From: Candidatus Cloacimonadales bacterium
Lineage (GTDB): Bacteria > Cloacimonadota > Cloacimonadia > Cloacimonadales > JAIOQZ01
Length of the DNA: 64,000 bases
Assembly (NCBI GenBank): GCA_963674825.1
Contig: OY771587.1
Location: forward strand, 288,001 to 352,000
Direction: 5' to 3'
The stretch's first letter is position 1; the number at the start of each line of letters is the position of its first letter. Under the pieces are notes generated by a model. The model was not told where the DNA came from. It made no database searches and saw only the letters and a list, made by a program, of their open reading frames with translations. This document shows positions 10,407-19,775 of the stretch, in pieces. Made by a program: the position numbers and the translations under genes.

Positions 10407-12779
10407 ATGAGAAAGCATCGATGTTCTTTGTTCTTGTTCCGTGCAAAGGATATCCAGTTTCTGTTTTTAATGACGGCACTGGCAATGTCGTCAGTCGGAC
10501 TCCTTGCCGACGCAATGTTCGAGGAGATTGTTTTATTCGAAGACACAGGTGGTGCATGCGCGATCGCAGCAGCCGATTTCAATCTCGACGGCAGCCCGGA
10601 TTTCGTTTACACCTGCTACCCTGACCATCACATCAAGTGGATGGAAAACGATGGCGAGATGAATTTTTCTGAGCACATGGTCATCGAAGGATTCCAGAAC
10701 GCAAAAGCGATCGATACCGGCGATATCGACGGTGACGGCTATCCCGATTTCGCTGCTACAGCAAACACCGGAGATAAGATATCCTGGTTTCACAATAACG
10801 GCGATGGCACCTTTACCGAAAACGTAGTCACATCCACTTGGGACGGCCCAGGGTGGGTCGTCGTCACCGATCACGTCCACAATCTGCCCATCGATATCAA
10901 CGGTGACGGAAACGTCGATATCCTCGCGACCGCCTGCGATAGCGGCAGACTTGGATGGTTCGAAAACGACGGTGACGAGAATTTTACCGAACACATTCTC
11001 AAGGATGGATGGACCAAGGTAAGTTGCGCACGCGCAGTTGACATGGATAACGATGGAGATATGGATATCCTCGCTGCCGCTCAAGCTGGTGGTATCGTTT
11101 GGTTCGAGAATATCGGAGAGGACGAGAACTTCACCGAGCACCTTCTCTTCAGCGACTGGGACAAACCCAACTGGATCAGCGCCGGTGACATCAACGGCGA
11201 CGGACATATGGACTTTGCCGCTACATCTTGCGGTAACAGCCATGCTATCGGCTGGTTTCTTAACGATGGCGAGCAGAACTTCACCTTGAATATGCTCAAC
11301 AACAGCTTTAACGGCGGACGCAGCCCCATCGTGTGCGATATCGACGAAGACGGTGACATGGATATCTTCGGGATCGCATGGATCGGCTCGTTCACATCGT
11401 TCTTCGAAAACGATGGACAGCAGAACTTCACAGAACATGTCATCAGCAACAGCGCTCACGAGATGCTCAAGCTATTCGTGGTCGATCTGGATGAAGACAA
11501 CGACCTCGATATCCTCGCCTGCGTGGCAGAATACAGCACCAATCACATCCGGTGGTTCAAGAGCATCGATTCGTTTCTGGATGCCGACTACCAGGTGGAA
11601 AACGTCAGTGGCCACGCGCCTGTCGAATCCCATTTTACCTACGAAGCCTACTCCAAGCCGGCTGTGACAACTTGGGAATGGGACTTCGATAACGACGGCA
11701 CCATCGATTCAACAGAACCAGAACCGACCCATCAGTTCACCACGCCAGGCACCTACGATGTGCGGCTGCATATCTCGAACGGTGTAGAAGAGCAAGAGAT
11801 TATCAAGGAAGACCTGGTACGGGTTTTCGACGGCGAAAGTGCGATCGAATTCAACGCGAACAGCAGCCGCACAAGAATGCCGGTTTTCGATCTCAGCGGT
11901 GGTTTCACTCTGGAAACATGGTTTAACGCCTTCGATTACGGCATGAATCCGACGCTAGGAAACGGCATGATCTTCTACAATGGCAGCATTTCAGCATACT
12001 TGAACAACGCCTATCCGCTTTACAATCAGATGACGCTGATCGTCAAGATGCAGCATGAAAGCACCCAAAGTGTTGTTGCGCTTCCATCGTTCGGAGTGTT
12101 CATTGAAACAGGATACCATCTTGCTATTAGCTATGACGGCGTCTCCGACCTGCGCATCTACCTCAACGGTGTATTACAGGAGCAGACAGTCTACACCGCT
12201 CCTTCAGGACCGGTCGTTTACGATCCGGAAGCATACTTCTTCTTCGGCAACAACAGCAGCAGCACCAGTGCGTTCAAAGGTGTCCTTGATGAAATGCGCA
12301 TATGGAGCGAAGTCCGCTCAGCAGGTGACATCAATGAGCATATGGCGGAGTACCTTATCGGCGATGAAGCCGGTCTGGAAGGTTATTGGCGCTGCAATGA
12401 AGGTAACGGCGAGACGATCGCAGATCTCACATCCAATGGTAACGATGGCGAAATGCTGAACTGCCGCTGGCATCAGGGAACACCATTCGATTTCACGCCC
12501 GTTGACGAGCAGAACATTCCCAGGCCGGATGCGATCAGCATCAGCAGCTACCCGAATCCGTTCAATCCGTCCTGCACGATCTGCTTCAGCATCCCTGATG
12601 CAGGCCCGGCAATACTGGAGATATTCAACATCAAAGGTCAGCGCGTGGACCAGTTCACAATCTCACCCGGTACGACAAGTGTTCGCTGGAATGGTGAAAA
12701 AGCAGGAAGTGGTATCTATCTGGCAAGGTTGCAGTCGCAGAATCAAGTTGCTGCGCATCGCATGTTGATGATAAAATAA
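10407..12779 (+). CDS. Secreted FG-GAP/VCBS repeat, PKD, LamG and FlgD-Ig/T9SS-like CTD protein
   Basis: Repeated D(I/M)DxDGDxD..WFENDG; WEWDFDNDG..PTHQFTTPGTYDV (PKD); FKGVLDEMRIW (LamG); YPNPFNP CTD; exact start uncertain (10392/10407). Confidence 0.88.
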   Translation: MRKHRCSLFLFRAKDIQFLFLMTALAMSSVGLLADAMFEEIVLFEDTGGACAIAAADFNLDGSPDFVYTCYPDHHIKWMENDGEMNFSEHMVIEGFQNAKAIDTGDIDGDGYPDFAATANTGDKISWFHNNGDGTFTENVVTSTWDGPGWVVVTDHVHNLPIDINGDGNVDILATACDSGRLGWFENDGDENFTEHILKDGWTKVSCARAVDMDNDGDMDILAAAQAGGIVWFENIGEDENFTEHLLFSDWDKPNWISAGDINGDGHMDFAATSCGNSHAIGWFLNDGEQNFTLNMLNNSFNGGRSPIVCDIDEDGDMDIFGIAWIGSFTSFFENDGQQNFTEHVISNSAHEMLKLFVVDLDEDNDLDILACVAEYSTNHIRWFKSIDSFLDADYQVENVSGHAPVESHFTYEAYSKPAVTTWEWDFDNDGTIDSTEPEPTHQFTTPGTYDVRLHISNGVEEQEIIKEDLVRVFDGESAIEFNANSSRTRMPVFDLSGGFTLETWFNAFDYGMNPTLGNGMIFYNGSISAYLNNAYPLYNQMTLIVKMQHESTQSVVALPSFGVFIETGYHLAISYDGVSDLRIYLNGVLQEQTVYTAPSGPVVYDPEAYFFFGNNSSSTSAFKGVLDEMRIWSEVRSAGDINEHMAEYLIGDEAGLEGYWRCNEGNGETIADLTSNGNDGEMLNCRWHQGTPFDFTPVDEQNIPRPDAISISSYPNPFNPSCTICFSIPDAGPAILEIFNIKGQRVDQFTISPGTTSVRWNGEKAGSGIYLARLQSQNQVAAHRMLMIK

Positions 12780-12799
12780 TCCTCTCTCTCAAAAGGCTC

Positions 12800-12830
12800 A
12801 GGCGGAGGAATTTTTCAGTTCCTCCGTCTT
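12800..12830. terminator. Hairpin between convergent genes
   Basis: AGGCGGAGGAA/TTCCTCCGTCT stem. Confidence 0.6.
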
Positions 12831-12831
12831 C

Positions 12832-13701
12832 CTATTTAAAAGACGGCGTCCACTCCGATGATGGACGTAAATCCTGGATATAGCCGTTGTGCATGCCGAG
12901 TTCCTCGACCACATCCAGCACCTTCCGGTATTCCTCCATTTTCAACGGACGATCAAGCGGCGGACATTCCAACGCCTGATGAGTTGGGTAATATTGCGAC
13001 ATCAGACTGATGAAGGTACGGTTTCCGAATTGCTCTTCGATCCACCGAAGCGCATCCGCAATCCCTCCGATATCCTCTGGCAAAACCAGCAGCCTGATCA
13101 GAACACCCTTCTCTGCAATGCCATCGTCATCCATGCGCAAATGCCCCACCTGACGAAACATCTCGAGTATCGCACGCATCGCCACTTCGGGGTAATTCGC
13201 GGCGTCGGAGAATCGCCTTGCCGCGTCTGGGTTCGTATAGCGGAAATCGGGCATGAAGATATCGACCAGTCCTTCCAGTTGCGAAAGCGTCTCCTTGAGC
13301 TCATAAGCGCTGCTGTTCCACACAATAGGAAGCTTGAGGCCCATGTCCTTCGCATGCACGATCGCATCGCGTATCTTCAGCGAAAAGTGAGTTGGCGTCA
13401 CCAGATTGATGTTGTGAACACCCTGAGCCTGCAAATCGAGCATGGTCTGCGCGAGCTGTTCCACGGTGATCGGCTTACCAAGACCCTCCTGACTTATCTT
13501 GTGGTTCTGGCAATAGACACAGCGCAGGTTGCAGTAGGTGAAAAAGATCGTGCCGCTGCCACGCTTCCCGCTGATAACCGGCTCTTCCCCATAGTGAGGC
13601 ATCGCCAGATTGACGATCGGGTCCCACCCACTCTTGCAGTAGCCCACGACTTGATCGCGATCCACGTTACACATTCGCGGACAGATATTGCAACGCGTCA
13701 T
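12832..13701 (-). CDS. pflX: Radical SAM protein, PflX-like
   Basis: CNICPRMC..GYC, HYGEEPVISG..GSGTIFF, CNLRCVYC (CX3CX2C), NINLVTPTH. Confidence 0.88.
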   Translation of the reverse strand: MTRCNICPRMCNVDRDQVVGYCKSGWDPIVNLAMPHYGEEPVISGKRGSGTIFFTYCNLRCVYCQNHKISQEGLGKPITVEQLAQTMLDLQAQGVHNINLVTPTHFSLKIRDAIVHAKDMGLKLPIVWNSSAYELKETLSQLEGLVDIFMPDFRYTNPDAARRFSDAANYPEVAMRAILEMFRQVGHLRMDDDGIAEKGVLIRLLVLPEDIGGIADALRWIEEQFGNRTFISLMSQYYPTHQALECPPLDRPLKMEEYRKVLDVVEELGMHNGYIQDLRPSSEWTPSFK

Positions 13702-14918
13702 GCTTTCTCCAGCCCCAGGGGATTATTGACAACGCGATAAAGGAATTCGGCGATCTCGACAAGGCGTGCCGGATCCACCAGATTGATATTATCGCGCATG
13801 GTGTGTGTGATGTGCTCCGCGAGATCCCAGATATTGGCTGAGGTAAAAACGAGCGTCGGCACTCCGCGCGGAACGAAGATCATATGATCGCTGGCCGGCC
13901 ATGGATCCATCGGTTCGATTCCGTGATATTCCTCGATAAGCCCATCGACCAGGCTGGCTGCCTGCTCGGACAGATTCCAGTGCGAAAGTCCGCTGCGGTG
14001 TTCTTTGCATCCGGCGGCATCGATATTTGCTACAAGCGCGAAATCACTGAGCTTGTCGCCATTGATCTCCATGTAGTGGCATTCGCCGGTTGAATCGTAG
14101 TAATCTTCGCCATTGAAAAACACCAGCTCGATGTAATGATCGCCGTCGTAGGATTGCAGCATCTCTGCGAGCACGAGCAGAATCGCCACACCGGTCGCGT
14201 TGTCCAGCGCTCCGGGGGTCTCGATTTTGGTGTCAACATGCGCGCTGATGACAATCCGCTTTTTCGTCCGGTCGCCCTTGAGACCCGAGATTTGTTCCAT
14301 CCACGATTTCTTGCGCAGCGAGTCGATCGTAAGCTTGACTTCACGGCACTCCAGCAGTGCGAGTTTCTCTCCTGTCGCAGCATCGCAGTAGCATGACGGG
14401 ATATCGAATCGTGCGTCCTCGATCCACGGAAACGGTGAGATACCGCCAGCTCCACCGGGGTCGCTCTTGGTAGCCGCGATAATCGCCAGCGGTTTCCGCG
14501 CATTCAGGATGCGGAAGATTTCTTTGTGCTCGTCAAGGTTGTAGAACGGGTAACCCTGCGGTATCAACTGGCTCTCGGTCAGCTTCCCCTTACAAAGCAG
14601 GATTTTCCCGCATATATCGAGGTCGTTCAGCGCTTCGAAGTTATCCACCACGACGAGTTCTGCTTCTCCATCGAAGGGCAGTGAATAAGGCGCTGGCTTG
14701 AGCGGGTACGCCTTGCCATCGATATGCAGCGCAGCCGTTTCCGGTTGCCAATCAATGCACTCCAGCCGCGTGATATCCGCGTCCCAGCCCAGCAGATCGA
14801 GTTGCTCGCAGATGTATTTCGTCGCCGCGTGATTACCTCTGCTTCCCGGATGCCGGTTCTCGATATTGACGCAGAGATGATGGAGGTGGGTTTTAATTAC
14901 TTCCTTATGATTTTGCAT
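13698..14918 (-). CDS. M28 family aminopeptidase with PA-like insert
   Basis: SAHVDT, GALDNATG, FNGEDY, SDH. Confidence 0.9.
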   Translation of the reverse strand: MQNHKEVIKTHLHHLCVNIENRHPGSRGNHAATKYICEQLDLLGWDADITRLECIDWQPETAALHIDGKAYPLKPAPYSLPFDGEAELVVVDNFEALNDLDICGKILLCKGKLTESQLIPQGYPFYNLDEHKEIFRILNARKPLAIIAATKSDPGGAGGISPFPWIEDARFDIPSCYCDAATGEKLALLECREVKLTIDSLRKKSWMEQISGLKGDRTKKRIVISAHVDTKIETPGALDNATGVAILLVLAEMLQSYDGDHYIELVFFNGEDYYDSTGECHYMEINGDKLSDFALVANIDAAGCKEHRSGLSHWNLSEQAASLVDGLIEEYHGIEPMDPWPASDHMIFVPRGVPTLVFTSANIWDLAEHITHTMRDNINLVDPARLVEIAEFLYRVVNNPLGLEKA

Positions 14919-14958
14919 TTATGAAACCTCGTTGCATTGTTATTGGTGTTTCAAATGG

Positions 14959-15219
14959 TTATTTATCCAAATCGCTCTTTTGTATGAGCCAATAGATCAT
15001 AATATATATCAGCAATGCTCCAAATCCAAAGCCAGCGATGATCGAACCCTGGGCTTTGGTTATTACATCAGTCTTGTACAAATAGTAAAGAAATCCGCTC
15101 GCAGCCGTAATGACAAGACCAATGATGAAGTGAACCTTTCTAAAGATAGTAGCTAATGCTGAAAAGATCAAAAACGTAGCAAGTAAATTCCCTCTGCCAT
15201 ATCCACCATAACCGAACAC
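14959..15219 (-). CDS. Small hypothetical membrane protein (about 3 TM)
   Basis: 86 aa, hydrophobic, GTG start with AAGGAG RBS, AT-rich. Confidence 0.6.
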   Translation of the reverse strand: MFGYGGYGRGNLLATFLIFSALATIFRKVHFIIGLVITAASGFLYYLYKTDVITKAQGSIIAGFGFGALLIYIMIYWLIQKSDLDK

Positions 15220-15483
15220 GCACTTTCTCCTTGAGCTCCAATCTGCTGAATCTGGATCCTAATCGTATAAAAATCCCAGATTCACACGTCAGACTCTACT
15301 TGTCCAGCATAATATCATGTCCAACCCACTTACAGTATGCTTGTTTGTCTTAGCGATAAAAATTCCTTGCGTGAAAGACAGGCTGCGGATTTGTTGTATG
15401 ATTGTCAATTCGTGTATCATACCGCACGATTGGCCACCTTTGCCGGCAGGGCTGGCAAAGGAAAACATGCAAGGAGAACAAAG

Positions 15484-18400
15484 ATGTACAAACCCATGGA
15501 CCCGAAAGAGAGTCCGGCGGATTTTGAGCGCAGAGTACGCACGTACTGGGATGAGAACGGTACCGCAGAGAAGAGCATCAACTTCCGCGACGGACACCCC
15601 CAGTTTATTTTCTTCGAAGGTCCCCCAACCGCGAACGGCAAGCCGGGGGTCCACCACCTGATATCCCGCGCGATTAAAGACACCGTCTGCCGCTACAAGA
15701 CCATGAAAGGCTTTCAGGTCAAGCGCAAAGCCGGATGGGACACGCACGGACTTCCGGTGGAAATCGAAGTTGAGAAGATACTGGAACTGAACGACAAGAA
15801 GGCTGTTGAAGCCTACGGAATCGAGAAATTCAACCAAAAATGCCGCGAATCGGTCTTCACCTACGAAAAGCAATGGCAGGAAATGACCCGCACAATGGCA
15901 TATTGGATTGACCTCGAAAATCCTTATATAACCTTGCATAACAGCTATATAGAGAGTGTCTGGTGGATACTGAATCAGTATTTCACCAAAGGTATGATTT
16001 ATAAAGGACACAAGATCGTTCCTTACTGCCCCAAATGCGGAACCCCGCTTTCAAGCCACGAAGTGGCGCAAGGCTACCAGGATGTGGAAGATCCGTCCGT
16101 GTTCGTGAAGTTCAAGGCGAAAGACGAAGAGAATACTTACTTCCTCGCCTGGACGACGACCCCCTGGACGCTGATCTCCAACGCCGCGTTGGCGGTGCAT
16201 CCCGAGCAGGAATATGTCAAGGTGCTGCACAACGAGCAGTATCTGATCCTGGCACAAGCGCTTCTGAGCGTGCTGGACGGAGACTATGAAGTCGTCGAAA
16301 CCTATAAAGGCAAAGACCTCGAATACCGCGAATACGAACCGCTGTTCAACTTCATTCAGCCTAAGGAAAAGGCATGGTTCGTCGCGATGGCGGACTACGT
16401 CTCCATGGACGACGGTACCGGTATCGTGCACACCGCACCGGCATTCGGCCAGGACGACCACTCGCTGGGACAGAAGTACGGTCTGCCGGTCATCAATCCC
16501 GTGATGGATGACGGTACTTTCGGTGAAGTCGTAGAGCCCTGGAAAGGACTCTTCGTCAAGGTCGCCGACAAAGAAATCATCCGCGACCTCAAGGAACGCG
16601 GCCTGCTATACAAACGGCAACAGATCCTGCATAGCTATCCCTTCTGCTGGCGCTGCAAATCCCCGCTGATTTACTACGCGCGCGACGGATGGTTTATCCG
16701 CACGAGCGATTATAAAGAGCAGATGATCGAAAACAACAAAAAGGTCAACTGGTACCCGGATTTCGTCGGCGAGAAACGCTTCGGCGAATGGCTGGAAAAC
16801 AATATCGACTGGGCAATCAGCCGCGACCGTTTCTGGGGTACGCCGCTCAACGTCTGGGTTTGCGACAAATGCGGAACACACGACAGCGCCGGTTCTATCA
16901 AGGAACTGCGCGAGAAAGGCAAGTACGAAGACGGACGCGAAGTGCCCGAAGATATCGAGCTGCACCGTCCCTACATCGATGAAATCGTGATGACCTGCCC
17001 CGATTGCGGCGGCACCATGCACCGCACGCCCGAAGTGATCGACTGCTGGTTCGATAGTGGCTCTATGCCCTTCGCGCAGTGGCACTATCCCTTCGAGAAC
17101 AAAGAACGCTTCGATAGCGAACTCTTCCCGGCTGACTTCATCTGCGAAGGTATCGATCAGACACGCGGCTGGTTCTACTCGCTGCTGGCCATCTCCACGT
17201 TCGTCAAAGGCACCGCGCCTTATAAAAATGTGTTGGTCAACGACCTGATCCTCGACAAGTTCGGCAAGAAGATGAGCAAGAGCCTCGGCAACTCCGTCAA
17301 TCCGATGGAGATGATGCAGAAGTACGGTGCGGACGCAAACCGCTGGTACCTGCTCTATGTCAGTCCGCCGTGGGTGCCCACCAAGTTTGATCCCAAAGGC
17401 GTCGAAGAAGTGGTTAATAAATTCATCGGTACCATGAAGAACGTCTATTCGTTCTACGCCACCTACGCCAACATAGACGGCTTCGATGCAGCGCAACATA
17501 TGGATAGTTACAAGCCAACCGCCGAAATCGATCGCTGGATCGTGAGCAGACTCAATACGCTCATCCAGCAGGTAACTCAGAACAACGAGCAGTACGATTT
17601 CACCCGCTCGGTTCGCGCCATCCAGGCGTTTATCATCGACGACCTGAGTAACTGGTACGTTCGCCGCAGCAGACGCCGGTATTGGGCACTGACCATGACC
17701 GACGACAAGCGCGACGCCTACCTTACGCTCTACCACGCGATGGTCACTGTTTGCCGTGTCATGGCACCTTTCGCGCCCTATCTTGCGGAGGAAATTTACC
17801 GCAATCTCACCAGCGAAGAAAGTGTTCATTTAGCTGAGTATCCCGTAATCGACCAGGCAGTTATCGATACCGAACTCGAGAGCGATATGCAGAACGTGAT
17901 CGACCTCGTAAGCCTCGGACGCGCAGCGCGTAACGAATGTCAGATCAAGGTCCGCCAGACCCTGCAAACCTTCTACGTGCCGGATCGATTCAAGGACGTC
18001 GTCGAGAAGATGAAAGACCTGATCCTGGATGAAATAAACGTCCGCGAGATCGAGTATCTCAAGCCGCATGACGAACTGCTCAAGCACGACATCAAGCCTA
18101 ATTTCAAGGTGCTTGGTCCCAAAGTCGGAAAGCATATGAAATGCGTCGCCAAGGCCCTGCCGGAAATCGATGCCGACCACGTGCTGGAAGCCTTCAGCAA
18201 GAATGAACCCTTCGTCATCGAATGCGAAGGACACCCGGTGAGAATCGAAGAAGAAGACTTGATCTTCAGTATCCAGCAGCGCGAAGGCTATGTGTTTGCC
18301 AGCGAAAAAGGCATCCACACAGCGCTTTCCACCGTGCTTACACCCGAATTGATCCAGGAAGGCTACGCGCGCGAGCTGATCAACAAGATACAGTTCACCC

Positions 18401-18612
18401 GCAAGGAAATGGACCTCGATATCATGGACCGCATCAGCGTGTTCTTCATCAGCGATGACGAAATCAACGACGTCTGCACTGGCTATGCCGACTTCATCAA
18501 AACCGAAACACTCGCCGACGGTATCTTCCGCGAAGAGCTTCATCACAAAGATATGAAGCAGTGGGATATCAATGGTAAAGAGGTGTTTCTGTCCATCACG
18601 AAAGTAAAATAG
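15484..18612 (+). CDS. ileS: Isoleucyl-tRNA synthetase, type 2
   Basis: EGPPTANGKPGVHH, GWDTHGLP, WTTTPWTL, DWAISRDRFWGTP, EGIDQTRGWFY, KMSKS; IleRS2-type C-terminus; AAGGAG RBS before ATG 15484. Confidence 0.98.
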   Translation: MYKPMDPKESPADFERRVRTYWDENGTAEKSINFRDGHPQFIFFEGPPTANGKPGVHHLISRAIKDTVCRYKTMKGFQVKRKAGWDTHGLPVEIEVEKILELNDKKAVEAYGIEKFNQKCRESVFTYEKQWQEMTRTMAYWIDLENPYITLHNSYIESVWWILNQYFTKGMIYKGHKIVPYCPKCGTPLSSHEVAQGYQDVEDPSVFVKFKAKDEENTYFLAWTTTPWTLISNAALAVHPEQEYVKVLHNEQYLILAQALLSVLDGDYEVVETYKGKDLEYREYEPLFNFIQPKEKAWFVAMADYVSMDDGTGIVHTAPAFGQDDHSLGQKYGLPVINPVMDDGTFGEVVEPWKGLFVKVADKEIIRDLKERGLLYKRQQILHSYPFCWRCKSPLIYYARDGWFIRTSDYKEQMIENNKKVNWYPDFVGEKRFGEWLENNIDWAISRDRFWGTPLNVWVCDKCGTHDSAGSIKELREKGKYEDGREVPEDIELHRPYIDEIVMTCPDCGGTMHRTPEVIDCWFDSGSMPFAQWHYPFENKERFDSELFPADFICEGIDQTRGWFYSLLAISTFVKGTAPYKNVLVNDLILDKFGKKMSKSLGNSVNPMEMMQKYGADANRWYLLYVSPPWVPTKFDPKGVEEVVNKFIGTMKNVYSFYATYANIDGFDAAQHMDSYKPTAEIDRWIVSRLNTLIQQVTQNNEQYDFTRSVRAIQAFIIDDLSNWYVRRSRRRYWALTMTDDKRDAYLTLYHAMVTVCRVMAPFAPYLAEEIYRNLTSEESVHLAEYPVIDQAVIDTELESDMQNVIDLVSLGRAARNECQIKVRQTLQTFYVPDRFKDVVEKMKDLILDEINVREIEYLKPHDELLKHDIKPNFKVLGPKVGKHMKCVAKALPEIDADHVLEAFSKNEPFVIECEGHPVRIEEEDLIFSIQQREGYVFASEKGIHTALSTVLTPELIQEGYARELINKIQFTRKEMDLDIMDRISVFFISDDEINDVCTGYADFIKTETLADGIFREELHHKDMKQWDINGKEVFLSITKVK

Positions 18613-18629
18613 CAACAATCAGATAAAGC

Positions 18630-18661
18630 AAATCCCCTGGTTAACGCCAGGGGATTTTTTT
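18630..18661 (+). terminator. Intrinsic terminator after ileS
   Basis: AAATCCCCTGG/CCAGGGGATTT stem plus T-run. Confidence 0.85.
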
Positions 18662-18676
18662 AGGGAGACGCAGATC

Positions 18677-19651
18677 TTACATCTCCATCAAATCAAATAG
18701 ATCCAGCTGAAGCTCCGCCTTCATCAGGTAGTTAAAATCCACATCGTTGATCGATGTCGGTGCTGCAAGCGCTCCTGCGGTGATCAGCTCGCTATTACCG
18801 GCATCGGGATCATCCATCTTCCTGACCCAGATCGGTATCCAGCGCTTTCTCACAGCCTCCTGAACGCCCGACCATGTGCCACCTCTCAACCCAGAATGCA
18901 CTGCAAAACCCACGTCCGACAGGCAGTAGATCAGCTTGTTGCGCTGTATCGCTTTCACGGCGCTGAATCCAACCTCGGGACTGAACGGCGTAATCAGCGT
19001 TAGGCAACCTTGCAACAGATACTTGGAAAACACAGTACTGACGAGCGCTTTAAAAAGACTGTCCGCAAGGACTCCAAGTGATTCGCCGCCTTGCTCCAGA
19101 CAACCCAGCATCGCTGCCTGGTCCACGCCGCGTGCTCCGCCGGAAACGACCTGGACGTCATGATCCGCAGCCATCTCGCCCAGCTTTCTGCTGTAGGCCA
19201 GAACATCCGCCGTGGTTTTACGCGAGCCAACCACCGATAGTCCACCAGCCTTCATGCGCAGTGGTTCGCCGCAGCCAAAGAGAATCGTCGGGGCATCGCG
19301 ATCCAATCGCTTTTTCAGCACTTCGGGGTATTCTTCATCCAAAATGGTAACTTGCCAGATACCGGCCCGGCGCCACTTCTCCAGCGAGGCGAAAAGAATT
19401 TCCTTGCGTTGCAGTAGCGCTTTGATCCGCTCGTGAGTGATCGATGTATGGTTCCAACCCTTAAGCACTTCCTCGGGAGGCAATGCGAGAAGCATTTCGG
19501 GATCGATTTCCAGAAATCGCATCCATTCATGCAGTCTGTGCCACTCGCGGTTGGATAGCGGCCTGACGATCTCGTCGGAAGTGCTCGATAAACGAGCCGT
19601 GAGGAGTAATATGGCTTGTTGTAATTTATCCATATTCATCGTTATCAACAT
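18677..19651 (-). CDS. dprA: DNA-processing protein DprA/Smf family
   Basis: DEEYP..L, VVGSRK, VVSGGARGVD, RNKLIYCLS, GGTWSG. Confidence 0.88.
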   Translation of the reverse strand: MLITMNMDKLQQAILLLTARLSSTSDEIVRPLSNREWHRLHEWMRFLEIDPEMLLALPPEEVLKGWNHTSITHERIKALLQRKEILFASLEKWRRAGIWQVTILDEEYPEVLKKRLDRDAPTILFGCGEPLRMKAGGLSVVGSRKTTADVLAYSRKLGEMAADHDVQVVSGGARGVDQAAMLGCLEQGGESLGVLADSLFKALVSTVFSKYLLQGCLTLITPFSPEVGFSAVKAIQRNKLIYCLSDVGFAVHSGLRGGTWSGVQEAVRKRWIPIWVRKMDDPDAGNSELITAGALAAPTSINDVDFNYLMKAELQLDLFDLMEM

Positions 19652-19657
19652 GATTCA

Positions 19658-19765
19658 CTCCCCTGATAAGGGGAGAAGAATCCTCTCGGAGAGTGGATTC
19701 AGAGGGGTTTCCCCTGATTCAGCATCCTGCCGAATTCCCCCTTTCATTCCCCCTTGTCAGGGGGA
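19658..19765. repeat. Inverted pair of short palindromes (REP-like doublet, family D)
   Basis: CTCCCCTGATAAGGGGAG (19658-19675) and TCCCCCTTGTCAGGGGGA (19748-19765) are near reverse complements of each other. Confidence 0.6.
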
Positions 19766-19775
19766 TAAGGAGACG

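Noticed and set aside
15220..15483. T-box riboswitch upstream of ileS
   Set aside because: Hairpins are present (e.g. CCTTTGCCGGC/GCTGGCAAAGG), but there is no T-box consensus (GGTGGNACCGCG) and no terminator U-tract
16606..18618. Long antisense ORFs (407 and 262 aa opposite ileS; similar ones opposite rnf, FG-GAP and yibQ-like genes)
   Set aside because: Shadow ORFs caused by codon bias of the sense genes; no motifs or RBS
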